From Candidatus Woesearchaeota archaeon (lineage in GTDB: Archaea; Nanobdellota; Nanobdellia; Woesearchaeales; UBA10216), in the NCBI GenBank assembly GCA_016188155.1, contig JACPIH010000003.1:2033-66032 (forward strand): a DNA stretch of 64,000 nucleotides, read 5' to 3'. Below are positions 17,301 through 26,176 of this stretch, in pieces. A program made the position numbers and the translations under genes. The first letter of the stretch is position 1. Each line of letters begins with the position of its first letter. Below the pieces are notes generated by a model. That model did no database searches. It was not told the DNA's origin and saw only the letters and a list, made by a program, of their open reading frames with translations.

Positions 17301-18572
17301 CTAAAAAAGATACTTAATTCCCCAAATTACGGCGGCAGCCACAAGCGGCACTGTTAGGTTGTCATCAATTCTCTTACCCAGAATTTTTACGTGCATCGCT
17401 TCAACAGCCATTCCAGCCGCCGCAGCCAAAATAGCCATCCAGGCCGGCAAAATCGTTGCAGCTGCAGCAGCTGCGAAAACAAAACCAACAACAGTTCCTT
17501 CAACCATCTTTTCCTCAATAAAAGGCCGCTTGTGCTTCATCCTGCCGATAAGCCTTCCTGCCAGGTGGCTTACGGAGTCCCCGATTGCCAGTATAATTAT
17601 TGCTGCTACCGCCTCCTGCCGGAAGATTGCTGCAGTAATCCCGCTTCCTAAAAAAAGCGTAATGGCACCCATTCCAGGGAACCTTCGCAACTCTTCCTTC
17701 CTTTCCACTAATTCAAGTGCTGCGGAAGTTAATTTCCTGAGTGCCTTTACCGCTTTGCTCCTTGCAGTTGCCGCTGATTTTATTGCGTAGGAAAGCGCCA
17801 GTCCAGCGGCCGCTATTGCCACGACAACGGGCCAGAATTGCGGATATTTCCAGACAAAAGCCGCTATTAGCAGTCCAATAAGCGCATGCATTACCTGCCT
17901 TCTCACCTCTGTCATGTCTTCCACAGTCAGTTTCTCTTTTAGTTTGCTGTTCACAAACCACCCAACAACTGCTGCTATGATTAGCCCTCCGATTGTGTCG
18001 CTAAGGAAATGCACGTTAAGGTAAATCCTTGAGAACAGGACCGCTGCTGTAAAAAACAGCCAGGGAACTCTCATCGCCGCAGGCGAAGAGACCGCTGCTG
18101 CCGAAGCAGTTGCAACGTGCGCACTCGGGAAGGCATAATCCTTTAAGCCGAACAGTGTTTTCACTAAAGCGCCATCCGGTCTTTCCCTTTGGAATATTAA
18201 CTTCAGGAGATAAACTGCTGCTATTGTCGTAATTATTGAGGCCGAAAGTATGAAAATGCTTCTGACCCTGTTCTCTTTCATCTTCCCGGAGAGGGAAGAC
18301 TTGGAGGCAGCAGCCGACATAGGCCTGTTTTTCAAAATTACTGCGGTAGTTGTTGCCAAGAGGGCAAGATAAATCCAAACGAAGAGCCTGTCAAACAGCG
18401 TAACAATTCCGGTAAGACCCGGCGTTTGAATGCTTTTTATTGTCGCAGCCGCAAAGTCATCCAGAAGGAAGCTCGCGGCAAGCAGCGCAGCCGCAACTAC
18501 GGCAGCCACGAGAAATTTCCTGTTTATGTTCCTCTTTTTCTCCATTTTCGCATTAGTTGAAGCTTCTGGCAC
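17301..18572 (-). CDS. Membrane fusion protein: PAP2 (polyprenyl-diphosphate / phosphatidate phosphatase) domain plus a polyprenol/dolichol-kinase-like (CTP_transf_1 family) domain
   Basis: PAP2 motifs KLIFQRERP, PSAH, SRIYLNVHFLSD. C-terminal half has multiple TM segments with GDSVSHLAGRLIGRMKHK...EGTVVGF. Confidence 0.65.
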   Translation of the reverse strand: MPEASTNAKMEKKRNINRKFLVAAVVAAALLAASFLLDDFAAATIKSIQTPGLTGIVTLFDRLFVWIYLALLATTTAVILKNRPMSAAASKSSLSGKMKENRVRSIFILSASIITTIAAVYLLKLIFQRERPDGALVKTLFGLKDYAFPSAHVATASAAAVSSPAAMRVPWLFFTAAVLFSRIYLNVHFLSDTIGGLIIAAVVGWFVNSKLKEKLTVEDMTEVRRQVMHALIGLLIAAFVWKYPQFWPVVVAIAAAGLALSYAIKSAATARSKAVKALRKLTSAALELVERKEELRRFPGMGAITLFLGSGITAAIFRQEAVAAIIILAIGDSVSHLAGRLIGRMKHKRPFIEEKMVEGTVVGFVFAAAAAATILPAWMAILAAAAGMAVEAMHVKILGKRIDDNLTVPLVAAAVIWGIKYLF

Positions 18573-19884
18573 TGTAATGCTGTGCCTTGTCTTTCAGGTA
18601 GTTGTCTTCAGCTATGAGATGGCTTATCAGCTGCTCCGGCCGCTTATATGGCCGCTCTATTTCTGCGTAAAGCCTTCCTTTTTTTTCAAACAGCCTTCTG
18701 CCGCTTTTCCCAGCGTGCTCTTTCCTGAAGTTGTCAGCATGTGCCTTGTTGGCCAGCGGAGGCCCATACCTCACCTCAGCTTCAGGCTCGCTTTTCTCTG
18801 TTATGTACCAGAACATAGCTTCTCTCTTTTTGCTTTTGTCCCATTCCCATCCTGTATCTTTAACAGCAAACCCGTTTTCCAGCAGCTCCTTTAGCAGGTG
18901 CTCGTGCGCTTTCAGCAGCTTTGCTCCTACAACATCCTCCTTTCCTTTGTTTGGGGCTGCCTCAACAATAACCAGTTTTTTGCCCTTTGCCTTCTGCTTA
19001 ATGTCTTCAATGGTTATCTCCTGCCTTTCAAAGAATTCTCTGCCTGGCTTTTTCAGGAAATCTCCGGCTGCCTCAATGAATCTTTGAAGCGTCTCGTTGC
19101 TTAGTGCTGCTGTGGCGTTCCTGTCCTTTTGCACCGGGTCTATCACTATCAGTTCGCTCTGCACCTTTGCCTCATTCAGCTCCCGTAAGGGATCATGACC
19201 TTTGTAGTGCTTCTCAGCATCAACCACTATTTTCTTGCATGCTTCAACCTGTTTTTTCCACTGGCCCGCAGCCGTTGTTACCAGCTTCAGGAACGAGCCG
19301 TAATAAACAGTCAGTACCTCGCACGCATACCCTGAGAAGCCTCTTATGTGGCTCTCCGCGCCGTAAACCCTTTGTGCCTTGCAGAACGCCTTGGTCAGCC
19401 TTACATCATCAGCCAGCGCTGCTTTTTTGCTTATCTTTCTCCTGACCCATGCAGAGTGCAGCAGCGAGGCATCTGTTATGTTTTTTGCCTGGCTTGCCCT
19501 TGTTATTCTGAGTATTGGCACAATCTCGAAGTTGTAGCCGCTGAAGTGAACCCGGAAGTAGTCCCTGCTGCCATGTAACCTTTCGTGTTTGCTGAATGTT
19601 TTTTTCATTGCAGCAGCAACGAATTCGCTGAGTTCGCCGCTTTTTTCCTTATACTTTTCGTAGTCAAAGCACGCAAACACGTCTATGTCGTGCATGCCCC
19701 TTAGCCAGGTTCCTTTGGCTCCTGACCCCCCCACAACAGGTTTTGCCCCGGCCTTTGCAGCTTTGAGCGCCTTGTCAAGCCTTGTTACGAACTCTGCCGC
19801 AATTCTGGCAACTGCAGAGTTTTCAGCAGCCGTAGGCCTTTTCCCTTTTTTTACCTCTTCCAGCAGCTTCTCAACAGCTTTCAT
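18553..19884 (-). CDS. cca: CCA-adding enzyme (class I archaeal tRNA nucleotidyltransferase)
   Basis: GGSGAKGTWLRGMHDIDVF..., typical archaeal Cca length and layout. Confidence 0.8.
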   Translation of the reverse strand: MKAVEKLLEEVKKGKRPTAAENSAVARIAAEFVTRLDKALKAAKAGAKPVVGGSGAKGTWLRGMHDIDVFACFDYEKYKEKSGELSEFVAAAMKKTFSKHERLHGSRDYFRVHFSGYNFEIVPILRITRASQAKNITDASLLHSAWVRRKISKKAALADDVRLTKAFCKAQRVYGAESHIRGFSGYACEVLTVYYGSFLKLVTTAAGQWKKQVEACKKIVVDAEKHYKGHDPLRELNEAKVQSELIVIDPVQKDRNATAALSNETLQRFIEAAGDFLKKPGREFFERQEITIEDIKQKAKGKKLVIVEAAPNKGKEDVVGAKLLKAHEHLLKELLENGFAVKDTGWEWDKSKKREAMFWYITEKSEPEAEVRYGPPLANKAHADNFRKEHAGKSGRRLFEKKGRLYAEIERPYKRPEQLISHLIAEDNYLKDKAQHYSARSFN

Positions 19885-19959
19885 GCCTTAACTTCTGCCG
19901 CAACTACTTTTAAATGTTTGTGAGTGGTTCTCAATTTGTAAAGCCGCGAATAGGCACAC

Positions 19960-19976
19960 AAAAACAATTTAAATAG
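19960..19976 (+). promoter_or_regulatory. BRE/TATA-like element upstream of smc
   Basis: AAAAACAATTTAAATAG, about 25-40 nt before the ATG at 20000. Confidence 0.45.
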
Positions 19977-19999
19977 TCCCTTACAGGTTTGTTTTTGTT

Positions 20000-22900
20000 A
20001 TGACTAGGATTTCCAAGCTTGTTTTGCACGGTTTTAAGTCATTCGCGAAAAGGACCGAGCTGCTTTTTGACGGCAACTTCTCTGTTGTTTTGGGCCCCAA
20101 CGGCGCCGGAAAATCCAATGTTTTGGACAGCCTGTGCTTCGTGCTCGGCAGGATAAGCAGCAAGGAGCTCCGCACAGAAAAGCTCTCCCACCTTATCTAT
20201 AATGGCGGCAAGTTGAAGCAGCCTGCCACCAAGGCTGAGGTCAGCATTTTCTTTGACAACAGCAAGAAAACATTCCCCTATCCTGATGCCCTTGTCAAGG
20301 TAAGCAGGATTATCAAGCCCAGCGGCCAGAGCATTTACAGGATTAATGACAAGGCATCTACGAGGCAGGAGATTCTTGACCTTTTAGCTCTGGCTAAGAT
20401 TGACCCTGACGGCCACAACATTGTCCTGCAGGGTGACATCATCAGGTTTGTTGAAATGTCTGCTGAGGAAAGAAGGCAGGTCGTTGAGGAGATAGCTGGC
20501 ATTTCTGTTTATGAGGATAAGAAGAAAAAAGCACTGTCCGAGCTTGAGAAGGTTGACCAGCGCCTCAAGGAGGCAGAAATCCTTCTCAGCGAGAGAAAAA
20601 CCCACCTGAAGGAGCTTAAGCATGACCGCGACCAAGCTCTTAAGTACAGGGACCTGAACGATAAGATAAGGGCAAACAGGGCCACTTTCCTCCATCTCCA
20701 GATCAGGCAGCGCGAGGCAAAGAAGTCTGAAGTGGAAAAGTCAATTGCATCAAGTGAAAAGGAAATCTCCGGCCTGAAGGCCGATATTGAAAAGCTGCGC
20801 CTTGGCGTTGCAAAGAGAAAGGAGGAAATCTCCCAGCTTAACGAGGAGCTTGAGCACAGGGCAGAGCAGGAGCAGGTTGCCATTCACAAGAATATTGAGC
20901 AGCTTCGCGTCACCATAGGCACAAACACGAGCAGAATCTCCCTGTCTGAAGGTGAGATTTCAAAGATTAAGGACAGGAGGGAGCAGCTCAAATCTGACCT
21001 TTCTGAGACAGAGTCCAGGATTGCCCAGCTTGAGTCCTCAAAGTCATCAATTGCCGAGCACGTCAAGAAGCTTGCCTCTGACAAGGCCAAGATTGTGGCC
21101 GGAATTGAAAAGCTTCGCAGCTCTGTCAGCAGCTCTGACCTTGTGAGGATTGAGTCAGAGCTTGGCGCTCTTGATAAGGAAACTGACGAGAGGCAGCAGG
21201 TAATCCAGTCATTGGTTGAGCAGAAGCAGAACATGCTTCGTGACAAGGATAAGGCTGAGTACAGGATTAACACAATAGACTCATCCATTGACAAGGTTAA
21301 GGAGATTGAAACGGAAAACCGGAAGGAAATTGATGAGCTGCAGCAGCGCCGTACTGATTTCAAGAGGGTTGTCCTTGAGCTTAACCAGCTTCTGGCAAAG
21401 GATTCTGCAGTTGCTGCCAGGATTGGCGAGAGCAGGAAGCGCATCTTCGCTTTGAATGAAGAGGTTGCTAAGGCCCGTGCAAAGGAAGCCGCAGTCCAGG
21501 AAAGGGCGCTTGGCAGCCTTGCGATTAAGTCAATCCTCTCACAGAAGTCAATCAGGGGCATTTTCGGGACTGTCTCGCAGCTTGGCAAGGTCAAGGCAAA
21601 ATACTCGCTGGCATTGGAAACCGCTGCCGGCCCAAGGGTAAACAGCATCATAGTTGAAAGTGATGCTGTGGCTTCTGACTGCATTAAATTCCTGAAGAGC
21701 AGGAAAATCGGCAGTGCAACGTTCCTGCCCCTTAACAAGATAAAGCCTGCAGAGGACCGCTCGGATGCCAGGCAGCTTCTTTCCCAGGAAGGCGTTCATG
21801 GCCTGGCGCTTGGCCTTGTAAGCTTTGATGAGAAATTCAGGCCCGCCTTTTCCTATGTTTTCGGCAACACGATTGTTGTTGACTCAATAGACGTAGCGAG
21901 AAAAATAGGCATAGGCAGGGCAAGGATGGTGACCCTTGACGGCGACCTTGCCGAGCTTTCAGGGGCAATGCACGGCGGCTTCAGGGAAGCCCGAAAGGAA
22001 TCATTGGCATTCGCTGATGAGGAAGAAACCCAGCTTGCCGCAAGGCTTGAGCACGAGCTTTCCCAATTAACTGCAGCAACATCGGATTTGGAAAAGGGAA
22101 AAATAGACGTAGAGGCAGCGATTGCCTCGTTGAGGGAGAAGAAAGCTGCTTTGGAAGGAGATATCATCAAGGCAGAGCGCAGCCTGCACCTTGAATCCTC
22201 TGACATGGATGTTTCAAAGAAGCAGAAGCAGGAGCTCAATGACGAGCTTAAAGCAATTACTGCCAAATTGAAGGACCTTGAGGAAAAGCTCCTTTCCGAG
22301 ACCAGGAAGGTTGCCGAGCTTAAGTCAAAGAGGATGCAGGTGAGGGAGCAGATTACCGGCCTTCGCAACCCTGCTTTCCTTGCCGAGCTCAATGCCCTGG
22401 AAAAGAAGAATCAGGAGCTTGCCGGCCAGATTCAGAATCTTGAGAATGAGTCAAAAACCAGTGACGTCCAGATTAGCCAGGTTTTCAGCCAGGAAAAACT
22501 GAAGATTCAGCAGATATTAAAGCAACAGGACAGGGAAGAGGCACAGTTCTCAGCAGAGAAGGATAAGCTCATTAAGGAAGTTGAGAAGCTGCGAAAGGAC
22601 CTTGCAGAGACAGAGTCCAAGGCAGTGAAGTTCCAAACCCGCCATAAGGAGCTTTTTGCAAAGCGCACAATGCTCATGGAGGAAGTGCAGTCGGATGATG
22701 AAAAGATAATCCGAAAAGAGGAGCAAATCAATGGCGTTGAGATAAAAGTCAACAACACCTCAGTGAAGAAGGCCGAGCTTTCAGGCGAGCTTTCCGGGCT
22801 GCAGCAGGACTTCTCGCAGTACAGCGATGTCAGGCTTCTTGAGGGCGTTTCCGAAGACCAGATTAAGAGCGAGATATCCCGGTTCGAGCGGCTTGTTGCA

Positions 22901-23494
22901 GATATGGGCAACGTAAACCTCAAAGCCCTGGAAATCTACGATGACGTTGAGAAGCAATACAATGAGCTTCTTGACAAGAAAGACAAGCTTGGCAAGGAGA
23001 AGGATGATGTCCTTAAGATGATGGCTGAGATTGAAGGCAGGAAGAAAGACCTCTTCATGAACACCTTCACAGTTCTTAACCAGAACTTTGCCAGAATCTT
23101 TTCCGAGCTTTCAACAAAGGGCGAGGCCTACCTCATGATTGAGAATCCCGAAAACCCGTTTGAGGCCGGAGTCCGCATCCGGGTTAGGATTACCGGCGAC
23201 AAGTTCCTTGACATCCGCAGCCTGTCCGGTGGCGAGAAAACCCTTACAGCATTAGCCCTTATCTTTTCAATCCAGGAGTACGAGCCAGCATCCTTCTACA
23301 TCTTTGACGAGGTCGATGCTGCCCTTGACAAGCGCAACTCAGAAAAGCTTGCCAAGCTCATCAAGAAATACTCAGAAAAAGCCCAGTACATCATAATCTC
23401 GCACAACGACGCCCTCATGGCCGAAGGTGAAATCCTCTACGGCGTCAGCATGGATGAGCATGGGATGAGTAATGTTGTGAGCTTAAAGGTGTGA
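20000..23494 (+). CDS. smc: SMC chromosome segregation ATPase
   Basis: LHGFKSF..GPNGAGKSN, long coiled coils, hinge, LSGGEKTLTALALIFS, FDEVDAALD. Confidence 0.9.
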   Translation: MTRISKLVLHGFKSFAKRTELLFDGNFSVVLGPNGAGKSNVLDSLCFVLGRISSKELRTEKLSHLIYNGGKLKQPATKAEVSIFFDNSKKTFPYPDALVKVSRIIKPSGQSIYRINDKASTRQEILDLLALAKIDPDGHNIVLQGDIIRFVEMSAEERRQVVEEIAGISVYEDKKKKALSELEKVDQRLKEAEILLSERKTHLKELKHDRDQALKYRDLNDKIRANRATFLHLQIRQREAKKSEVEKSIASSEKEISGLKADIEKLRLGVAKRKEEISQLNEELEHRAEQEQVAIHKNIEQLRVTIGTNTSRISLSEGEISKIKDRREQLKSDLSETESRIAQLESSKSSIAEHVKKLASDKAKIVAGIEKLRSSVSSSDLVRIESELGALDKETDERQQVIQSLVEQKQNMLRDKDKAEYRINTIDSSIDKVKEIETENRKEIDELQQRRTDFKRVVLELNQLLAKDSAVAARIGESRKRIFALNEEVAKARAKEAAVQERALGSLAIKSILSQKSIRGIFGTVSQLGKVKAKYSLALETAAGPRVNSIIVESDAVASDCIKFLKSRKIGSATFLPLNKIKPAEDRSDARQLLSQEGVHGLALGLVSFDEKFRPAFSYVFGNTIVVDSIDVARKIGIGRARMVTLDGDLAELSGAMHGGFREARKESLAFADEEETQLAARLEHELSQLTAATSDLEKGKIDVEAAIASLREKKAALEGDIIKAERSLHLESSDMDVSKKQKQELNDELKAITAKLKDLEEKLLSETRKVAELKSKRMQVREQITGLRNPAFLAELNALEKKNQELAGQIQNLENESKTSDVQISQVFSQEKLKIQQILKQQDREEAQFSAEKDKLIKEVEKLRKDLAETESKAVKFQTRHKELFAKRTMLMEEVQSDDEKIIRKEEQINGVEIKVNNTSVKKAELSGELSGLQQDFSQYSDVRLLEGVSEDQIKSEISRFERLVADMGNVNLKALEIYDDVEKQYNELLDKKDKLGKEKDDVLKMMAEIEGRKKDLFMNTFTVLNQNFARIFSELSTKGEAYLMIENPENPFEAGVRIRVRITGDKFLDIRSLSGGEKTLTALALIFSIQEYEPASFYIFDEVDAALDKRNSEKLAKLIKKYSEKAQYIIISHNDALMAEGEILYGVSMDEHGMSNVVSLKV

Positions 23495-23857
23495 GCCGTT
23501 TCTTCTTTCCTCAAGTCTGCCCTCAAGGCAGTCTGCAATTGCTTTTAGTGTGTGAGCTGGCGTGGTTGACGGCAATGATAGTCCAAACTGTTGAAGATAC
23601 TGAACCATATTTGTCGCATATTCTTCTGAGTTGCCGCGTAAAGTTCTAGGCTCTGGCGGTTTTGCGATGCCAGCATCATTGAATTCTGGTTTTTCTGCTG
23701 CCTTAAGAATACCTTCAAGTTCTTCATTGGGTAAGCTGTACAGACTACTGCCAGAGAATTTTGTTGGTGAATACAGATGCAGTACTCTACCTACACTTGC
23801 CAAAAGTTGGCCTTTGCTAAGTGTGCTCAGCTTTCCTGGGTTTCCTATCTTTACCAC
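23483..23857 (-). CDS. Hypothetical protein (124 aa), orphan-like, immediately downstream of tRNA-Phe
   Basis: ORF only; no motif recognised. Convergent 12-nt overlap with the smc end. Confidence 0.35.
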   Translation of the reverse strand: MVKIGNPGKLSTLSKGQLLASVGRVLHLYSPTKFSGSSLYSLPNEELEGILKAAEKPEFNDAGIAKPPEPRTLRGNSEEYATNMVQYLQQFGLSLPSTTPAHTLKAIADCLEGRLEERRNGSHL

Positions 23858-23869
23858 CCCGTTTTAGGG

Positions 23870-23943
23870 AGTGGGAACGGCCGGATTTGAACCGGCGACT
23901 CCACCGGCTTCAGCGGTGTGCTCTCCCAGGCTGAGCTACGTTC
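23870..23943 (-). tRNA. tRNA-Phe (GAA), no encoded CCA
   Basis: Minus strand GGGAACG-TA-GCTC-AGCCTGGGA-GAGC-A-CACCG-CTGAAGC-CGGTG-GAGTC-GCCGG-TTCAAAT-CCGGC-CGTTCCC-A folds as a canonical cloverleaf. Confidence 0.9.
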
Positions 23944-23970
23944 CCGATTAAGCAACTTGGCATTTTGAGC

Positions 23971-23978
23971 CATTTATA
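23971..23978 (-). promoter_or_regulatory. TATA box for tRNA-Phe
   Basis: TTTATAAA centred about 31 nt upstream of the tRNA 5' end. Confidence 0.5.
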
Positions 23979-23994
23979 AACTTTTTTCGTCATT

Positions 23995-24030
23995 GCGTTT
24001 TTTGATAAACCTTTTTCGCCAAAAAGGTTT
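23995..24030 (+). repeat. Hairpin repeat family, copy 4 (no nested module)
   Basis: GTTTTTTGATAAACC-TTTTT-cgcc-AAAAA-GGTTTTG. Near-identical to the flanks of the purL copy. Confidence 0.8.
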
Positions 24031-24072
24031 TGCTGCAGCCGCAACTATGATGGGAACTGTGCTAAAATAGAA

Positions 24073-24462
24073 TCAGTCTTCTATGTCTTCTTCATCAACT
24101 GCGGAAGTCTCAGGCGTTTCCTGCTGTTTTGCTTCAGCTGCTGGTTCTGCAGCAACTTCTGCCTGTTTCTCTGCTTTCTTGACAACCTCTATGCTGCCCT
24201 TCATTCCTGTTGTTAGCTGCATCTCGCCCTGGTACTCTTTCACGTAGCCGTTGACTACTCTTATTGTGTCGCCTTTGCCAATCTGGTCTATCTGCTCGTT
24301 CCATAGGGAAAGCTCTATCTCTCCTGTTTCGTCCTTCAGCCTTGCCGTTGCCACTCTGCCGCTTTTGCCAAACTTGTTGAACTCCCTTACCTCTCCAACC
24401 TCAGCCACTTCGGCAGTCAGCTCAACGTTTCCCATCCTCGGAGCTAGTTCTTTTATGTTCAT
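24073..24462 (-). CDS. OB-fold single-stranded DNA-binding protein (short SSB/RPA-like) with an acidic C-terminal tail
   Basis: Single OB-fold-like core ...GRVATARLKDETGEIELSLWNEQ...GDTIRVVNGYV...; tail ends VDEEDIED. Confidence 0.65.
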   Translation of the reverse strand: MNIKELAPRMGNVELTAEVAEVGEVREFNKFGKSGRVATARLKDETGEIELSLWNEQIDQIGKGDTIRVVNGYVKEYQGEMQLTTGMKGSIEVVKKAEKQAEVAAEPAAEAKQQETPETSAVDEEDIED

Positions 24463-24514
24463 ATTCGCCTTAGAAGTCGCCTATTCTATTTAAACTTAGT
24501 GTCGTAGTCTCGTT

Positions 24515-24555
24515 GTTTTTGGTCAAGCTTTTTGGCCGCTGCCAAAAAGGTTGAG
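24515..24555 (+). repeat. Hairpin repeat family, copy 5
   Basis: GTTTTTGGTCAAGC-TTTTTGGC-cgct-GCCAAAAA-GGTTGAG. It abuts the 3' end of tRNA-Leu. Confidence 0.75.
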
Positions 24556-24669
24556 TGCGGGGAAAGGGATTCGAACCCTTGAAGACACTAAGTCAGCAGA
24601 TCTTGAGTCTGGGCGCAGCTGTCATCGCGGCAACTGAACTGCCCCGTTTGACCACTTCGGTATCCCCGC
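24556..24669 (-). tRNA. tRNA-Leu (CAA) with an approximately 30-nt intron at a non-canonical position in the 5' strand of the anticodon stem
   Basis: GCGGGGA-TA-CCG-AAGTGGTCAAA-CGG-G-GCAG[TTCAGTTGCCGCGATGACAGCTGCGCCCAG]A-CTCAAGA-TCTGC-long variable arm-AAGGG-TTCGAAT-CCCTT-TCCCCGC-A. The anticodon stem forms only after removal of the bracketed segment. Confidence 0.75.
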
Positions 24670-24720
24670 ATATTATTGGGGCATTTTGCGCCTTATTTAA
24701 ATTTAACTTAGAGAATGTAG

Positions 24721-25134
24721 TTAAAGTGACTTTAGCTTTTTTTCTATATCCTGAAGCTCCCTTTCAAACTTGTCAATGTGGTGTTCTATGGGCGCCCGTT
24801 GTGCTGCTGCCTGTGCGGGCTTTTGCTTGCCCTCTCTGGCTGCTGGTTTTGCCGCCTTTACAACTACGGGCCTTTTTTCCTCGGCAGGCAGGTGCGCTGC
24901 GTCCATGTGCGGCATAAGCTGTCTTGCCTCATTCACCAGCTCGGTTATCTCTCCGATTCTGGTCCTGACGGTTTCAACAGCTTTTTGTTTTGCAGTTCTC
25001 AGCTCTTTCAGGCTGCTGTCGCTTTTCAGTACGTGCACAAGGGATTTTGACGCCTCAAGGATGTCCCTTCTTACGCTCACAGGGTCTTCTATGTTAACAT
25101 AGACAATATCATTTTCTCTTTTTGCAGCTTTCAT
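24721..25134 (-). CDS. Coiled-coil protein, unknown function (member 3 of a tandem trio)
   Basis: 137 aa; IVYVNIEDPVSVRRDILEASKSL then coiled coil. Confidence 0.55.
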   Translation of the reverse strand: MKAAKRENDIVYVNIEDPVSVRRDILEASKSLVHVLKSDSSLKELRTAKQKAVETVRTRIGEITELVNEARQLMPHMDAAHLPAEEKRPVVVKAAKPAAREGKQKPAQAAAQRAPIEHHIDKFERELQDIEKKLKSL

Positions 25135-25151
25135 TTTTTATGCAGAACTGC

Positions 25152-25367
25152 CTATTTCTCTGTGATTGCCTCGCTTATCTCGTCCAGCTTCTGCTCGACT
25201 GATGCGAGTTCAGTCTGCCAGTTCTCAAGCTCAGCGTCCTCCTGGCTTTTGAGGTCCTTTGCCTTCTTGAGGGCCTGTTTTGCGTCTTCAAGCTTTGACC
25301 TTATTTGTTTGATAACTTCGGATAGCTCCTTGTACCTGTCTATCCTGATGAAGACGGATGATTTCAT
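25152..25367 (-). CDS. Small coiled-coil protein, unknown function (member 2 of the trio)
   Basis: 71 aa; SVFIRIDRYKELSEVIKQIRSKL then coiled coil. Confidence 0.5.
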   Translation of the reverse strand: MKSSVFIRIDRYKELSEVIKQIRSKLEDAKQALKKAKDLKSQEDAELENWQTELASVEQKLDEISEAITEK

Positions 25368-25400
25368 TACTGTTTCACCTTCCTTGTCTTGTGTTTAGTG

Positions 25401-26069
25401 CTATTCAAACAGTGTTTTATCAATGTGCATGAGCTTGCGCTGCATGTCCTCAACAGTTGAGTTTATGTTATCGTACTGGGTGGTTTCTTCTTTTCTGATT
25501 TCTGTGAGCCTGTGGTGTTTTTTCTGCGTTTTGCTTATGCTGTCAAGGTTGTTCCTGACCATTCTGAAATCTTCAGCTTTTAGGAAGAATTCATTGTTAT
25601 GCGTTATAAGCTTTCCGCCAAAGCCTGTTTTTTGTTCCGGCATGAACGGCATCGCGGCAGGAACTTCAGCTGGCGTCATTGCCCACGGCATTTCTTTTTC
25701 CATGGGTTCTTCTGTTCCCGTGGATGGCAGCTTCGGGAGTTCAGGAAGCTTCATTTCGGCTCGCTTTGGCATTTGGGGCCAGTTTGGGAATAATGATTCC
25801 TCCCCTTTCTCTTTCGGCATCCCTTCATCTTTTTTTGCCATGTCCTCGTCAATTTCTTTCGTGAAGTCAAACTCGCCAAGCCCTTTCAGCTGTGGAAGCT
25901 CGATTTCAGGCAGCCCAGACGCTTCAGGCGCCTCTGGAAGGTTTGGAAGTTCAGAATAAAGCTCCTGCTCGTTCGGCATAGGCGGGAGGCCTTGCATGTT
26001 TTGGTTTGCAGGCATAGAAATATCAGGTTTTTTCCCTTTCTTTGGCTTTAGAATATCCAAAAAACCCAC
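25401..26069 (-). CDS. Pro/Glu-rich protein with a C-terminal coiled coil, unknown function (member 1 of the trio)
   Basis: 222 aa; disordered P/E/M-rich N-terminus; C-terminus FFLKAEDFRMVRNNLDSISK... coiled coil. Confidence 0.55.
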   Translation of the reverse strand: MGFLDILKPKKGKKPDISMPANQNMQGLPPMPNEQELYSELPNLPEAPEASGLPEIELPQLKGLGEFDFTKEIDEDMAKKDEGMPKEKGEESLFPNWPQMPKRAEMKLPELPKLPSTGTEEPMEKEMPWAMTPAEVPAAMPFMPEQKTGFGGKLITHNNEFFLKAEDFRMVRNNLDSISKTQKKHHRLTEIRKEETTQYDNINSTVEDMQRKLMHIDKTLFE

Positions 26070-26176
26070 TTTCCCCTCCCCTAACTTCTCATTCTCTTAC
26101 TTCTTGCTGGTAATGAAGGGACACCTATTAAAGCTTTTTTGAGTATCAGAAAATAGTGACAACACTTTTTAAAAAT

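Noticed and set aside
23483-23943. Possible integrated element next to tRNA-Phe
   Set aside because: No integrase is present, I could not find a direct repeat of the tRNA 3' end, and only one orphan ORF is there. The evidence is insufficient.
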